Assembly (NCBI GenBank): GCA_963769885.1
Contig: CAVYNH010000006.1
Location: 64,001 to 128,000, forward strand
DNA length: 64,000 nucleotides
Direction of reading: 5' to 3'
DNA from: Methanobacteriota archaeon
Lineage (GTDB): Archaea; Thermoplasmatota; E2; DHVEG-1
Shown here: piece after piece, positions 1-12,576 of the stretch
How the letters are laid out: each line of letters begins with the position of its first letter
Position numbering within the stretch: position 1 is the first letter of the stretch
Position numbers and translations under genes: made by a program
Notes under the pieces: generated by a model
What the model saw: only the letters and a program-made list of their open reading frames with translations
Databases searched by the model: none
Told to the model about the DNA's origin: nothing

Positions 1-750
1 CCCCGCGCCATCATCACCGGCATGATGATCGTCATGGTCTTCTACCTCGCCACCAACTTCATCGTCTACAGCATCCTCCCCTGGCAGCAACTCGGCCACT
101 CCTCCACCCCGCTGATCACCGCCATCAGCATGACCATCATCGGAGGCGCCGGCGTGATCATCATGGGCATCGGCGCCCTCCTCTCCGTCTCCGGCTCTAA
201 CGAATCCGGCACCCTCGGCACCGCCCGCCTCAGCTACGCTATGGCCATCGACGGCCTCTTCCCCAAAATCTTCGCTAAAACCCACAAAAGATACAAGACG
301 CCGGTCGGCGCCCTTGTCATCCAAGCCATCCTCGCCTTCGCCCTCGCCACCCTCTCCACCCTCCCCAACCTGATTAGCTTCGCCGTCTTCAACCTCGCCG
401 TCGCCTTCCTCCTCACCTGCCTCGCCCTCATCGCCCTCCGCAAAACCACAACCCACCACCTCCGCGGCCAACACATCCTCCCCTACCTCGGTATCGCCAT
501 CTGCCTCTACCTCTTCTACAACACCACTCCCACCAACATCCTCATCGGCCTCGCCATCATCCTCGCCGGCATCCCCATCTACGCCTACTTCTCCCCCAAA
601 ACCGACATCCACCACCTCAAAGACCTCTTCGTCTCCGAAGAAGCCGTCTTCACCCGCAACCTCAGCCGCAAAGAACGCTTCCTCGCCAACTTCATCGACC
701 TCCTCCACCGCGCCTACCACAAACTCCACAAGACCAAAAAACCAGACTAA
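1..750 (+). CDS. APC-family amino acid permease (5'-truncated by window)
   Basis: Multiple TM helices; motif ARLSYAMAIDGLFPKIFAKTHKRYKTP typical of APC permeases; frame open from base 1. Confidence 0.9.
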   Translation, partial: PRAIITGMMIVMVFYLATNFIVYSILPWQQLGHSSTPLITAISMTIIGGAGVIIMGIGALLSVSGSNESGTLGTARLSYAMAIDGLFPKIFAKTHKRYKTPVGALVIQAILAFALATLSTLPNLISFAVFNLAVAFLLTCLALIALRKTTTHHLRGQHILPYLGIAICLYLFYNTTPTNILIGLAIILAGIPIYAYFSPKTDIHHLKDLFVSEEAVFTRNLSRKERFLANFIDLLHRAYHKLHKTKKPD

Positions 751-794
751 ACACAAACCCTATATCGCCAGATGTAATGACGTAACCCTGCACG

Positions 795-3353
<2,559 letters not shown>

Positions 3354-3376
3354 TTTTAGAAAAGGGTCCATGAGCC

Positions 3377-4567
3377 TTATCGGCTCATGGCTTTCTTGAA
3401 CATGGGTACGGCGATGGCGAGCATGATGATGCCGAAGCCAATGAGGATAGCGACCTCGAGCATCACGGCGTCGAGCCCGGCACCAAGCACCATGACTTTG
3501 CGCATCGCGGTTGTCGCATAGGTCAAAGGCAGGAAATGCGCGAAATCCTGCATGTACCAGGGCATCTGCTGCAGGGGGAAGAAGACGCCGGAGAGGAACA
3601 TCATGGGGAACATCAAGGTCATCATGACCATGGTGGCGGTTTCCTCTCTGTCTGTGAACGATGTGATCAGGATGCCGAGGCCGACGAAGCTGAAGACGGT
3701 CAGCAGGACGAGGAAGATGACGAGTAGGATGTTTCCTTCGATAACAACCCCGAAGAGGCCGATGGCAAGGAGTAGGATGATGAACCCCTGGATCATGCCA
3801 CGGATTGTCTGCGCCATGACCTTCCCTAAGATGATGGAGAGGCGGTTGATTGGGGCGACGAGCATCCCGTCTAGGGTGCCAATGTCTTTTTCGTAGGAGA
3901 TCGCATGGGGCAGCCCGGTCATCAGCGCCATCATAACGACCATGCAAATGATACCGGGGGCGACGAACTGGAAGTAGTTCGGCTCTCCGGGGACGATGCC
4001 TTTGAACTCTGGTTGATACGGGGTGATGATGGAGCCGGCGATGTTTGAGGAGACGTGGTAGGTGACGTTGAGGGTGTGGGCCGCAGTCTGCGCTCCCATG
4101 GCTGAGATGACCTGGGACATGACGCCTTCCATGGTTAAGGAAACCTGCGGGTTGGACTGGTCAATGACGATGATGATGTAGCCTTGTTTGTCGGTCATGA
4201 GGTTCTGGCTGAAGTTCTCGGGGATGATGATGCCACCGTTGATTTCGTTGTTCTGCAGTTTGGTCTTGATGTCGTCGTAGCCTTGAGCGTTTGAGAGCTT
4301 CATCATGCCGGTTTGGTTATTGATGGCCTCTAGTTGGGTGGTGAACATCGTTCCCATGGTTTGTCCGTTGAATCCCGTGTCTTGGTTGACGAGGGCTACC
4401 GGGGTGTCTTTGATGGAGTTGCCTGAGGGGAAGATGAACCCGACCATGACCATCATGAAGAGTGGCATGAGGACGAGCATGACGAGGCGGATTTTGCTGC
4501 GGCTGAACTCCGCGAGGTCTTTCCAGCAGATCCAGAAGCTGTGTTTGAGGATGCGTCGTGTTGCCAT
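3377..4567 (-). CDS. ABC-2 type exporter permease with large extracytoplasmic loop
   Basis: EKDIGTLDGMLVAP and FLSGVFFP...PLTYA motifs; directly downstream of ABC ATPase. Confidence 0.92.
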   Translation of the reverse strand: MATRRILKHSFWICWKDLAEFSRSKIRLVMLVLMPLFMMVMVGFIFPSGNSIKDTPVALVNQDTGFNGQTMGTMFTTQLEAINNQTGMMKLSNAQGYDDIKTKLQNNEINGGIIIPENFSQNLMTDKQGYIIIVIDQSNPQVSLTMEGVMSQVISAMGAQTAAHTLNVTYHVSSNIAGSIITPYQPEFKGIVPGEPNYFQFVAPGIICMVVMMALMTGLPHAISYEKDIGTLDGMLVAPINRLSIILGKVMAQTIRGMIQGFIILLLAIGLFGVVIEGNILLVIFLVLLTVFSFVGLGILITSFTDREETATMVMMTLMFPMMFLSGVFFPLQQMPWYMQDFAHFLPLTYATTAMRKVMVLGAGLDAVMLEVAILIGFGIIMLAIAVPMFKKAMSR

Positions 4568-4579
4568 AGTGATATCACC

Positions 4580-5770
4580 TTACCGTACTCGTGCGGCCCT
4601 CCGTCTTCGGCGGCCGTGGGGCCCGCCGGTGCTGTGGTTGCTTTCTGAGAGTTTATCTCGGACCTGTCTGCCGGTGAGGTGGAGGAAGACGTCTTCGAGG
4701 GTCGGTTCGATGTTGCGGACCAAGACGATCTTCGCGCCGTGCTGCCTGAGTAGGTTGATGATGGTGTCGAAGGCGTTGGGGCCGAGGACTTGTACTTTGA
4801 TGTGGGTCTCGTCTTCTTGCGTGACGGATTTGACGGCTGGTGAGATTTGGACCGCGGTGATCATCGGGGTGGTGAGATTCTGAATTTCGATCTCGAGGAC
4901 GGTGGTGTCTGTTCCGGAGACGAGTTTTTTGAGGCCGGCGGGGGTGTCGAGGGCGACGATGTTGCCTTTGTCGATGATTGCGAGTCGGTCGCAGAGCATG
5001 TCCGCTTCGGTCATCATGTGTGTGGTGAGGATGATGGTCGTGCCTTGTTCAGTGTTGATCTGGCGGATGAGACCGCGGATGTCGGAGGTGGATTGAGGGT
5101 CGAGTCCGAGGGTGGGTTCGTCAAGGAAGAGGATCTCGGGTTGGTTGACGAGGGCGCGGATGACGTTGATGCGTTGTTTCATGCCGGTGGAGAAGGTGTC
5201 GATCTTGGCGTCCGCCCATTTTTCCATGCGGACGAAGTTGAGGAGGGTGTTGATGCGTTTTTTGAGTTCGGGTTCTGGGATGTTGTAGAGTCTGCCGAAG
5301 AGGGCGAGGTTTTCTCTGGCGGTGAGGTCGTCGTACATAATCATTTTTTCGGAGACGAGGCCGATGTGTTGGCGGACTTTGCTGTCTTGGTTGACGATGT
5401 CGTAGCCGGCGACGGTGGCGGTGCCGGCGGTGGGTCTGCTGAGGGTGCACAGCATACGGATGATGGTGGATTTGCCTGCGCCGTTGGGGCCGAGGAGGCC
5501 GAAGATTTCTCCTTGTTTGACGGTGAAGGAGACGTCGTCGACGGCGGTGAAGTCGCCGAACATTTTTTTGAGGTGGGTGAGGGTGATGGCGGCGTCCCCG
5601 TGCTTGTGGTGTGCGTGGGTGGCCGTCTGTGAGAGGATGGCTTTGCCTCTGGTTTGGCAGGAGGGGCAGATGATGATGATGTGTTCGCCTGGGGTGCCTG
5701 TGACGGTTTCGACGGTTCCGCAGGTGGGGCATTTGAATTTCTTGGTGGTGGCTTGGATGGTGGTTGGCAT
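4580..5770 (-). CDS. ABC transporter ATP-binding protein (DrrA-like) with N-terminal Zn-ribbon
   Basis: Walker A GPNGAGKS, signature FSTGMKQR, Walker B ILFLDEPT; N-terminal CPTC...CPSC. Confidence 0.95.
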   Translation of the reverse strand: MPTTIQATTKKFKCPTCGTVETVTGTPGEHIIIICPSCQTRGKAILSQTATHAHHKHGDAAITLTHLKKMFGDFTAVDDVSFTVKQGEIFGLLGPNGAGKSTIIRMLCTLSRPTAGTATVAGYDIVNQDSKVRQHIGLVSEKMIMYDDLTARENLALFGRLYNIPEPELKKRINTLLNFVRMEKWADAKIDTFSTGMKQRINVIRALVNQPEILFLDEPTLGLDPQSTSDIRGLIRQINTEQGTTIILTTHMMTEADMLCDRLAIIDKGNIVALDTPAGLKKLVSGTDTTVLEIEIQNLTTPMITAVQISPAVKSVTQEDETHIKVQVLGPNAFDTIINLLRQHGAKIVLVRNIEPTLEDVFLHLTGRQVRDKLSESNHSTGGPHGRRRRRAARVR

Positions 5771-5777
5771 TGGGAGA

Positions 5778-6008
5778 TCACTTCTTGGTGATTTTGGCTT
5801 TGAGTTCGGTGATGTTGTCGCTCATGAAGTCGAGGTATTTGTCCATGGTCTCTTCGTTGAAGAGGAGGATGTTTTTGACGTGGGTGTTGCCGATGACGAT
5901 GAGGGTGTCGCCTTTTTTGATGTTGAGGTCTCGGCGCAGGTTGATGGGAAGCACGATCTGGCCGCGTTCGCCGACGGTTGTGCTGCCGTAGAATTTCATG
6001 GGTTTCAT
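5778..6008 (-). CDS. AbrB/MazE/SpoVT-family DNA-binding regulator
   Basis: VGERGQIVLPINLRRDLNIKKGD is the AbrB signature; start moved to ATG 6008, preceded by GGAGGG. Confidence 0.88.
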   Translation of the reverse strand: MKPMKFYGSTTVGERGQIVLPINLRRDLNIKKGDTLIVIGNTHVKNILLFNEETMDKYLDFMSDNITELKAKITKK

Positions 6009-6051
6009 ATGCGGTTCCCTCCGACTTTTGGGACCCGTAAGAAGGGTCCGG

Positions 6052-6088
6052 TATATATAGGTTTTCATACATTTCATACTTTTCATAC
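6052..6088. promoter_or_regulatory. TATA-like box plus three tandem TTTCATAC direct repeats (putative operator of divergent promoters)
   Basis: TATATATAG at 6052-6060; TTTCATAC at 6063, 6072 and 6081 (9-bp period) between divergent AbrB-ABC and ABC-arsM units. Confidence 0.6.
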
Positions 6089-6193
6089 GCTGAAGGCTAA
6101 TAAAGGGGATGTGGATATGTGGTCACTGCACACCCTCCCTTCTCCCGTGGGGACCGCACGTTCACACGGTGTGCGTGGTGGAGGAATCCAACC

Positions 6194-7168
6194 ATGGCAG
6201 CCATCATCGACATCAAGGATCTCACAAAGACCTATGAGGACCGTACTGTCGTCAATCACCTTAATCTCCAGATCGAGGAGGGGGAGATCTTCGGGCTCCT
6301 CGGTCCGAACGGCGCGGGGAAAACCACGACGCTGCTGATGCTGACGACGCTGAAACCACCGACCTCGGGCACCGCGCTCATCAACGGTTTCGACATCATG
6401 AAACGCCCGGATAAGGTGCGCAAATCCATCGGCATCGTCTTCCAGGAGCCGAGCACCGACGAGATCCTGACCGGCTACGAGAACCTCAAGCTGCACGGCT
6501 GGCTGTACGACATGCCTGACGACCTGCTCAAAGCGCGGATTACAGAGGTCCTGAAGCTCGTGAGCCTGACGAACCGCAAGGACGACCGGGTGAAGAAATA
6601 CTCCGGCGGGATGCGCCGACGCCTCGAACTCGCGCGCGGCCTCATGCACCATCCCAAGGTCCTCTTCCTGGACGAGCCGACGCTGGGGCTCGACCCGCAG
6701 TCGCGCGAGAGCCTCTGGGAGTACATCGAGACGCTCGCCGCTGAGAAGAACATGACTATCATCCTGACGACTCATTACATGGACGAAGCGGACCGGCTCT
6801 GCGACCGACTCGCAATCATGAACGACGGCAAGATCATCGTCATGGACACCCCCAAGCAGCTCAAGGCGAACCTCGGCGGGGACATCGTCCGGCTCAAGGC
6901 GCCGCACCTCGACCAGGAGCGACTCAGGGCGCTCCCGTACGTCAAGAAGATCTCCCCCTGCGACGGGGAACTCTGCCTCACCGTGGAAAACGCCAGCTCC
7001 CATCTTCAGGAGATCCTCTCCCTCGTCGGCAAGGTGGAATCCGTTGAGGTACGTATCCCGACCCTCGACGACGTCTTCCTGCACTACACCGGCAAAGCCT
7101 TCAAGGAATCGGACTCGCAGGGCGGCGGCTGGGCCTCAAGCCCCACGGCTGGGGAGGCGAACGAATGA
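6194..7168 (+). CDS. ABC transporter ATP-binding protein (DrrA-like)
   Basis: GPNGAGKT, YSGGMRRR, LFLDEPT, THYM; start at ATG 6194 after GGAGG. Confidence 0.95.
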   Translation: MAAIIDIKDLTKTYEDRTVVNHLNLQIEEGEIFGLLGPNGAGKTTTLLMLTTLKPPTSGTALINGFDIMKRPDKVRKSIGIVFQEPSTDEILTGYENLKLHGWLYDMPDDLLKARITEVLKLVSLTNRKDDRVKKYSGGMRRRLELARGLMHHPKVLFLDEPTLGLDPQSRESLWEYIETLAAEKNMTIILTTHYMDEADRLCDRLAIMNDGKIIVMDTPKQLKANLGGDIVRLKAPHLDQERLRALPYVKKISPCDGELCLTVENASSHLQEILSLVGKVESVEVRIPTLDDVFLHYTGKAFKESDSQGGGWASSPTAGEANE

Positions 7169-7938
7169 GCGAGCTGAAAGGCATCTACGCCCTCTGGTAC
7201 CGCGAGTTCAAGGTCTTCCAGCGCGAACGCTCCCGCGTCGTCTCCTCCATCATCAACCCCCTGCTGTGGTTCTTCATCATCGGTGGCGGGCTCGGCACCT
7301 TCGTCTCCTTCGGATCTGTCGGATTCCAGACGTTCATCTTTCCAGGCATTCTCATCCAAATCTCGCTGTTCTCCGCCATCTTCTTCGGCGTCTACATCGT
7401 CTGGGACAAGAAGATCGACTTCATGAAAGAAGTCCTCGTCGCCCCCATGCGCCGCACCTCCATCTTCATGGGCAAGATCCTCGGCGGATCCACCGACACC
7501 CTCATCCAAACCGTCATCCTCATCGTCATCGGCATCGCCCTCTCCTTCGCCAGCATCCTACAGATCCACTTCACGGTCCTCTCGATCCTCGTCACCGTCG
7601 CCTTCCTCTTCGTCATCACCGTCGGCCTCTGCGCCATCGGCCTGATCATCGGCTCCCAGATGGAGAGCCCCGAGGGATTCCAGCTCATCATCAGCTTCCT
7701 CATCTTCCCTCTCTTCTTCCTCTCCGGCGCCCTCTTCCCCATCACCGATCAATCAGGCTGGCTGTCCGCCTTCATCCTCGTCAACCCGGTCACCTACGCC
7801 GTCGACGGCATGCGCGGCGTCCTCATCGGCGGCCCCACCGTCCGCTTCTCCCCCTGGCTCGACTTCCTCGTCATCACCATCTTCAGCCTCATCATGGTCC
7901 TCATCGGCACCTACGCCTTCCGAAAAATGAAACTCTAA
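7165..7938 (+). CDS. ABC-2 type exporter permease (DrrB-like)
   Basis: About six TM helices, FFLSGALFP...[11 protein letters not shown]; ATGA overlap with the ATPase. Confidence 0.93.
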   Translation: MSELKGIYALWYREFKVFQRERSRVVSSIINPLLWFFIIGGGLGTFVSFGSVGFQTFIFPGILIQISLFSAIFFGVYIVWDKKIDFMKEVLVAPMRRTSIFMGKILGGSTDTLIQTVILIVIGIALSFASILQIHFTVLSILVTVAFLFVITVGLCAIGLIIGSQMESPEGFQLIISFLIFPLFFLSGALFPITDQSGWLSAFILVNPVTYAVDGMRGVLIGGPTVRFSPWLDFLVITIFSLIMVLIGTYAFRKMKL

Positions 7939-7972
7939 CCTTCATATACCACCACCACATCTAGAAGCTCTG

Positions 7973-8701
7973 ATGAAAGACAAGGAGATCAAACGCGCGG
8001 TCAAAAAACACTACACCCAGACCGCCACCAAAGGCACCCGCTGCTGCGGAAAGGACACCGACATCAGCAAGACCTTCGGCTACACCGACGGCGACCTGTC
8101 CTCCTTCTCCAACGCCAACCTCGGCCTCGGCTGCGGCAACCCCACCGCCCTCGGCCACATCCGCGAAGGTGAAACCGTCCTCGACCTCGGATCCGGCGCC
8201 GGCCTCGACTGCTTCCTCGCCGCCCAAAGAACCGGCCCCACCGGCCACGTCATCGGCGTCGACATGACCGACGCCATGATCAAAAAAGCACGACACAACG
8301 CCGCCGCCTACGGCTTCACCAACGTCGAATTTCGGCATGGCGACATCGACGCGCTCCCCGTCGACGACGCATCCGTCGACGTCATCATCAGCAACTGCGT
8401 CATCAACCTCGCCCCCGACAAACCCAAGGTCTTCGCCGAAGCCTACCGCGTCCTCAAACACGGCGGCCGCATGTACATCTCTGACATCGTTCTCCTCGAA
8501 GAACTTACTGAGGATCAGAAAAACGACGTGGACCTGCTCACCGGCTGCGTCAGCGGCGCCCTCCTCCGCGACGACTATCTAACAGTCATCAGAAAAGTAG
8601 GGTTCACCACCACCATCCTCAACGAAAACACCGCCATCAGTAAGGAACAATACCAAGGCATCCCCCTCGAAAGCCTCACCGTCGAGGCACGCAAACCCTA
8701 A
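7973..8701 (+). CDS. arsM: Arsenite S-adenosylmethionine methyltransferase
   Basis: N-terminal [24 protein letters not shown] motif, [16 protein letters not shown]. Confidence 0.88.
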   Translation: MKDKEIKRAVKKHYTQTATKGTRCCGKDTDISKTFGYTDGDLSSFSNANLGLGCGNPTALGHIREGETVLDLGSGAGLDCFLAAQRTGPTGHVIGVDMTDAMIKKARHNAAAYGFTNVEFRHGDIDALPVDDASVDVIISNCVINLAPDKPKVFAEAYRVLKHGGRMYISDIVLLEELTEDQKNDVDLLTGCVSGALLRDDYLTVIRKVGFTTTILNENTAISKEQYQGIPLESLTVEARKP

Positions 8702-8741
8702 CACTGCTGCTACGCCCGATGCTACGCCATCGACCAACCCA

Positions 8742-9224
8742 TCAGGCTCTGACAAAAAACCCCATGATCCACTCGCTTAATGCGTTACTGATCAGGATTA
8801 CGACGATGGCAATCCCGACATGCATCAAGATCGCCGTATACGGGTTCACCTTCTGCTCCCGCGAGATATAATAACTCAGCACGATCAACAACGCCAGCCC
8901 CCACACGATCGAACAGACCGTTGCCACGACTAGCGGCAGGACTAACACGAACACAATGAAGACGAGGATCACCCCGAACCGCGTCAAGAAATTCAACACC
9001 GTCGAAACCCGCACCACCCGCTGCTGCTTCAAATCAGACTCCTGAAAAATATGGATCCCCATGGAATCCGAGATATTATCCGCCACCGCGATCACCAGCA
9101 GCGACCCGATGATGCTCATCTGCGGATCCGGGCTATGACTCAACCCGATGATGAAGGCAAGACACGTGATAATCGCCGAGCTCGCCCCGAAACTATACTT
9201 CGTCAAATGCGTCATAGTCCACAC
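8742..9224 (-). CDS. VIT1/CCC1-like small membrane protein
   Basis: Five hydrophobic segments; IAVADNISDSMGIHIFQES resembles VIT-family TM2. Confidence 0.6.
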   Translation of the reverse strand: MWTMTHLTKYSFGASSAIITCLAFIIGLSHSPDPQMSIIGSLLVIAVADNISDSMGIHIFQESDLKQQRVVRVSTVLNFLTRFGVILVFIVFVLVLPLVVATVCSIVWGLALLIVLSYYISREQKVNPYTAILMHVGIAIVVILISNALSEWIMGFFVRA

Positions 9225-9320
9225 CCCCTAGCTCACAAGCCCTTAAACATTCTTTGCTCGCCCAGACGATACGCTCAAATACCGCTGAAACCTAGACACC
9301 CATGGAGGAAAGACCTCACC

Positions 9321-9661
9321 ATGAAAAAATCCCGTTGGCGCTCATCCTGTTCATTATCCTGACTCTCAGCCTTTCAGGATGCCTCAGCGACAAGAGCAAG
9401 TTCGTCGGAACTTGGCGATTCTCAGAAGGCGGCACCATCACCTTCTATGACAACGACACCGTGGCCATCACCAACGTCGGTCCCCTCGTCGCCCTTCAAC
9501 TCACCGACATCTCCACCTACACCCTGAACGACCACAACATCACCTTCGCCTCACAGGGATCCATCGGGATCACCATCACCTTCACCTACTCCTTCCCAAA
9601 TGACACCACCCTCGTCCTCAGCCGTCCCCAGACACAACTGACCCTGACGAAAGTCAAATAA
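9321..9661 (+). CDS. Small putative lipoprotein; likely frameshift in an A-run just after the start codon
   Basis: Hydrophobic stretch ending in lipobox LSGC, then beta-rich FVGTW domain; ATG at 9321 followed by A6 needs one extra A to read MKKIPLALIL; alternative in-frame ATG at 9302. Confidence 0.7.
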
Positions 9662-9698
9662 TAAAAAAAGGGAAAAAAAGAAGGCGAGAGCGGAAGGC

Positions 9699-11798
9699 TT
9701 ATAGGAGTTTCAACACCGAAAACTCCTTACTATCAGTGTCCCCCTCGAAGTCATAGGCAATGATCTTGACAGTATGCTTCCCAAAGCTCTTCGCCGACCA
9801 CTCCCACGTGTACGGCTGAGAGCTCGCGTTCGCTTCCAGCACACCATCAAGATAGAACTCGACCTTCTCAACGTTCCCACCGCCGTACCACATATCCTCG
9901 AAATACACCGTGACGTTGATCGGCCCGAACACAACCGGCCGCGACATGGGAACGACCCGATGGTTCCTCACATACAAGGCATTCAACGGCTGCATCACAC
10001 CGAGAGCCGGTTTCGACCTCTCCAATGAGATGTTCTGCCAGGACGTGCTATTGGCGACACCATCGTGACGATACGGGTCGTACGATTCATAACCGTTCAC
10101 CCTCACCTCACGATACAACTCGCCCGGCGGTACTGAGATAGCATAGAACCCAGAACTATTCGTATAGGTCTCGTTTTGGAGACTGAACCCTGCCGCGTAA
10201 TCAATCCAATCATACGTCAGCATCGCATTCGGCAGAGCAGCACCGGAGGTTGCATCCCGGACATACCCGCAAATCTTAGCGTTCTCACTGGGATGAGCCA
10301 ACATCGACAAATTCACCCAACGCACCTCAAAATCAGAGATATTGATATTATGCAAAGACTCACTGAAATACCCAGCCTTTGTTGCACTAACATCAACTGT
10401 CCCAGAGGCAACATGAATCACATAGAATCCCACACCATTCGAAACTGTAATATTGTGATATGTCTGGCTAGACGACCCATGCCAAGTCACCGTGACGTTC
10501 GCTCCCGGAATTAATGCACTTGTGGACTCGTCTCGGATATATCCACAAAGCGTCGCATTCTCCTCAGGCTTTGGATAAAGCGTAGTGTTTATCCACTTCA
10601 CCTGACCATCAACCAGATTGAAAGAGTTCGTCGAGCGGTCACAATAGCCGACAGCAGAGATTGTCAGTCGATACCGTCCTGCCGGAGCCCCGACCTCATA
10701 GAACCCCGATGCATTCGTTGTCGTCTCATTCTCAAAGGATTCCCAGCCATTCGTCCGACCATGGATATTCACGACCGCCCCGGCGAGGGGAGTAAGGGAA
10801 ACGGCATCCGCGACATAGCCACGGACCGAAGCCGACTCCAGCGTCCCCAAAGAAGCAACTGATGGATGCAGGGGGACGGTCATGGAAGCCTGTGAGTGAG
10901 CAGGGACCGTCACCAAGGGCAGCTCCCCCGCGTAGCCGTCGTAAATGGTAGGGGTCTGCTCATAGGCGCGAGGCTGCGTGTAATTGAACGCCTCCTCCGC
11001 GGTGACGACGCCATCATGGTTGGCATCCGCATAGCCGCGCAGGCCGTCGATCAGCCAGGGAGCGAACCCGCCTGACATCGCTTCCTCGTCCTCGCGGCAT
11101 CCCATAAGAATAACACGATTCTGACCTTTCACGTCCTCGCCGAACCCTTTCACCCATTGGTTGGCGGCCTGTTTGAACAAGGAGTGGTTGCCAAGGGACC
11201 AATGGTCGTTGAAGCCACCGGCGAAGCAGCTGTCCACAATCAGGCACACGCCTTGTGATTGGAGGCGGTTGAGCTCGACATTGATCTCATCGTCCCACAG
11301 GAACGTCATGGGCATGGCGAACTGCCAGTAGGTGAGGAGCATCTCATCGGCGCCGTCGGCCTCGTCCTTCGGCGGCAGGTCGATCGGGGTCCCGTTGGCC
11401 GTCGCCATGGGGCTGCCGTGGGTGCTGAGGAAGACGAGGGAGGTGTCGCCGCTGCCCTCGTGTTGCCGCAGCCAGCGGAATCCCGCGAGGATGTTGCGCT
11501 CGGTGCCCTCTTCGCCCTTGATGACTTTGACATGGTCGGGCAGCCATCCGGCGTCCAGGAGGGTCTGTGCGAAGTCAGTGACTTCGCTGATCATCAACGG
11601 TCGGTCCTGCTCTGGGTTTTCGGCGTAGATGCCGATGCCGACGCAGAGCGCCCAGTTGTTCTCGGCGATAAATCCCTTTGCGGCTGGTGCCGGTTGGGCC
11701 GTGGTGGCCCTGGCTGTGAAGAGCGGCATGATTCCCGGGCTGACGAGGAGAATCGCGGTAGTCAGTAAGGTAATGGACCAACGTTGAATGGACTTCAT
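9699..11798 (-). CDS. Secreted caspase-like (C14) cysteine peptidase with three carboxypeptidase-regulatory-like repeats and a C-terminal Ig-like domain
   Basis: Signal peptide; STHG (His) and VDSCFAGGF (Cys); DANHDGVVTAEEAF; three GYVxD...T..SGFY repeats. Confidence 0.85.
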   Translation of the reverse strand: MKSIQRWSITLLTTAILLVSPGIMPLFTARATTAQPAPAAKGFIAENNWALCVGIGIYAENPEQDRPLMISEVTDFAQTLLDAGWLPDHVKVIKGEEGTERNILAGFRWLRQHEGSGDTSLVFLSTHGSPMATANGTPIDLPPKDEADGADEMLLTYWQFAMPMTFLWDDEINVELNRLQSQGVCLIVDSCFAGGFNDHWSLGNHSLFKQAANQWVKGFGEDVKGQNRVILMGCREDEEAMSGGFAPWLIDGLRGYADANHDGVVTAEEAFNYTQPRAYEQTPTIYDGYAGELPLVTVPAHSQASMTVPLHPSVASLGTLESASVRGYVADAVSLTPLAGAVVNIHGRTNGWESFENETTTNASGFYEVGAPAGRYRLTISAVGYCDRSTNSFNLVDGQVKWINTTLYPKPEENATLCGYIRDESTSALIPGANVTVTWHGSSSQTYHNITVSNGVGFYVIHVASGTVDVSATKAGYFSESLHNINISDFEVRWVNLSMLAHPSENAKICGYVRDATSGAALPNAMLTYDWIDYAAGFSLQNETYTNSSGFYAISVPPGELYREVRVNGYESYDPYRHDGVANSTSWQNISLERSKPALGVMQPLNALYVRNHRVVPMSRPVVFGPINVTVYFEDMWYGGGNVEKVEFYLDGVLEANASSQPYTWEWSAKSFGKHTVKIIAYDFEGDTDSKEFSVLKLL

Positions 11799-11917
11799 AT
11801 TTTTCTTCCCCCTATTGGATGAGTAGAGAGAAGGCGCTCCTTGTTTAAGTTATTTTTCCCAAATCTTCCCCAATTCGACGGCTGAAAGTTGTTTTTTATT
11901 AGGGGCCGGTGATGTTT

Positions 11918-12487
11918 CTAGGGAGCCGTCTGGGGAGGGGTGGTGGGTTCGCAGGGGGTGAGCTCTTGGAAGACGCCGAGCTCTTTGTTCTTGACGACGT
12001 TGTCCCAGTTAAAATAGCGGCCGTTCATGGCGACGTAGACGCCGGGGGGGAGGGTCTGGGCGTAGGCGAGCGCGCTGCCGAGGTTGAAGAGGCCGTCGCT
12101 GCTGCCGAAGCGGTACGGGATCATGGCACCGGTGAGGACGATGGTCTTGTCCGTGATGGATCTGCCGAGGAGTCGTGCGGTGTCTGCCATGGTGTCGGTG
12201 CCGTGGGTGATGACGATGCGGTCCTCGGGGGACTGTCGGCAGCAGTCCAGGATCCGCTGGCGGTCCGCCTCGTTCATGCTGAGGCTGTCTTTCATCATGA
12301 CCGTGTCGATGACGACTTTGAGGTAGCAGTGGCCCAGCTTGAGGACCTCGGGGACGTGGGTCTCGCGGAAGAAGAGGGAGCCGTCGAGCTCGTCGTATTC
12401 CTTGTCGAAGGTTCCGCCGGTGACCATGATGCGGACTTTGATCGTCGTCTCAGCCCTCCTGAGTTGTGGGTGAGGTAGTCGTTCCAT
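11918..12487 (-). CDS. Short (N-domain only) L-asparaginase-like protein; start uncertain
   Basis: TGGT and THGTDTM catalytic motifs, VLTGAMIP; true start probably near 12448. Confidence 0.85.
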   Translation of the reverse strand: MERLPHPQLRRAETTIKVRIMVTGGTFDKEYDELDGSLFFRETHVPEVLKLGHCYLKVVIDTVMMKDSLSMNEADRQRILDCCRQSPEDRIVITHGTDTMADTARLLGRSITDKTIVLTGAMIPYRFGSSDGLFNLGSALAYAQTLPPGVYVAMNGRYFNWDNVVKNKELGVFQELTPCEPTTPPQTAP

Positions 12488-12554
12488 TCTTTTGAGGTTG
12501 CCGGTCGAATCTCCTAGTGGGCATTATCGTCTTGGAGGGCAACGCTCTCTTTAG

Positions 12555-12574
12555 GTGCTCCTTTCAGGGAGCGC
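12555..12574 (-). terminator. GC hairpin just downstream of the HEPN gene
   Basis: GCGCTCCC-TGAA-AGGAGCAC imperfect stem 3' of the stop. Confidence 0.35.
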
Positions 12575-12576
12575 AT

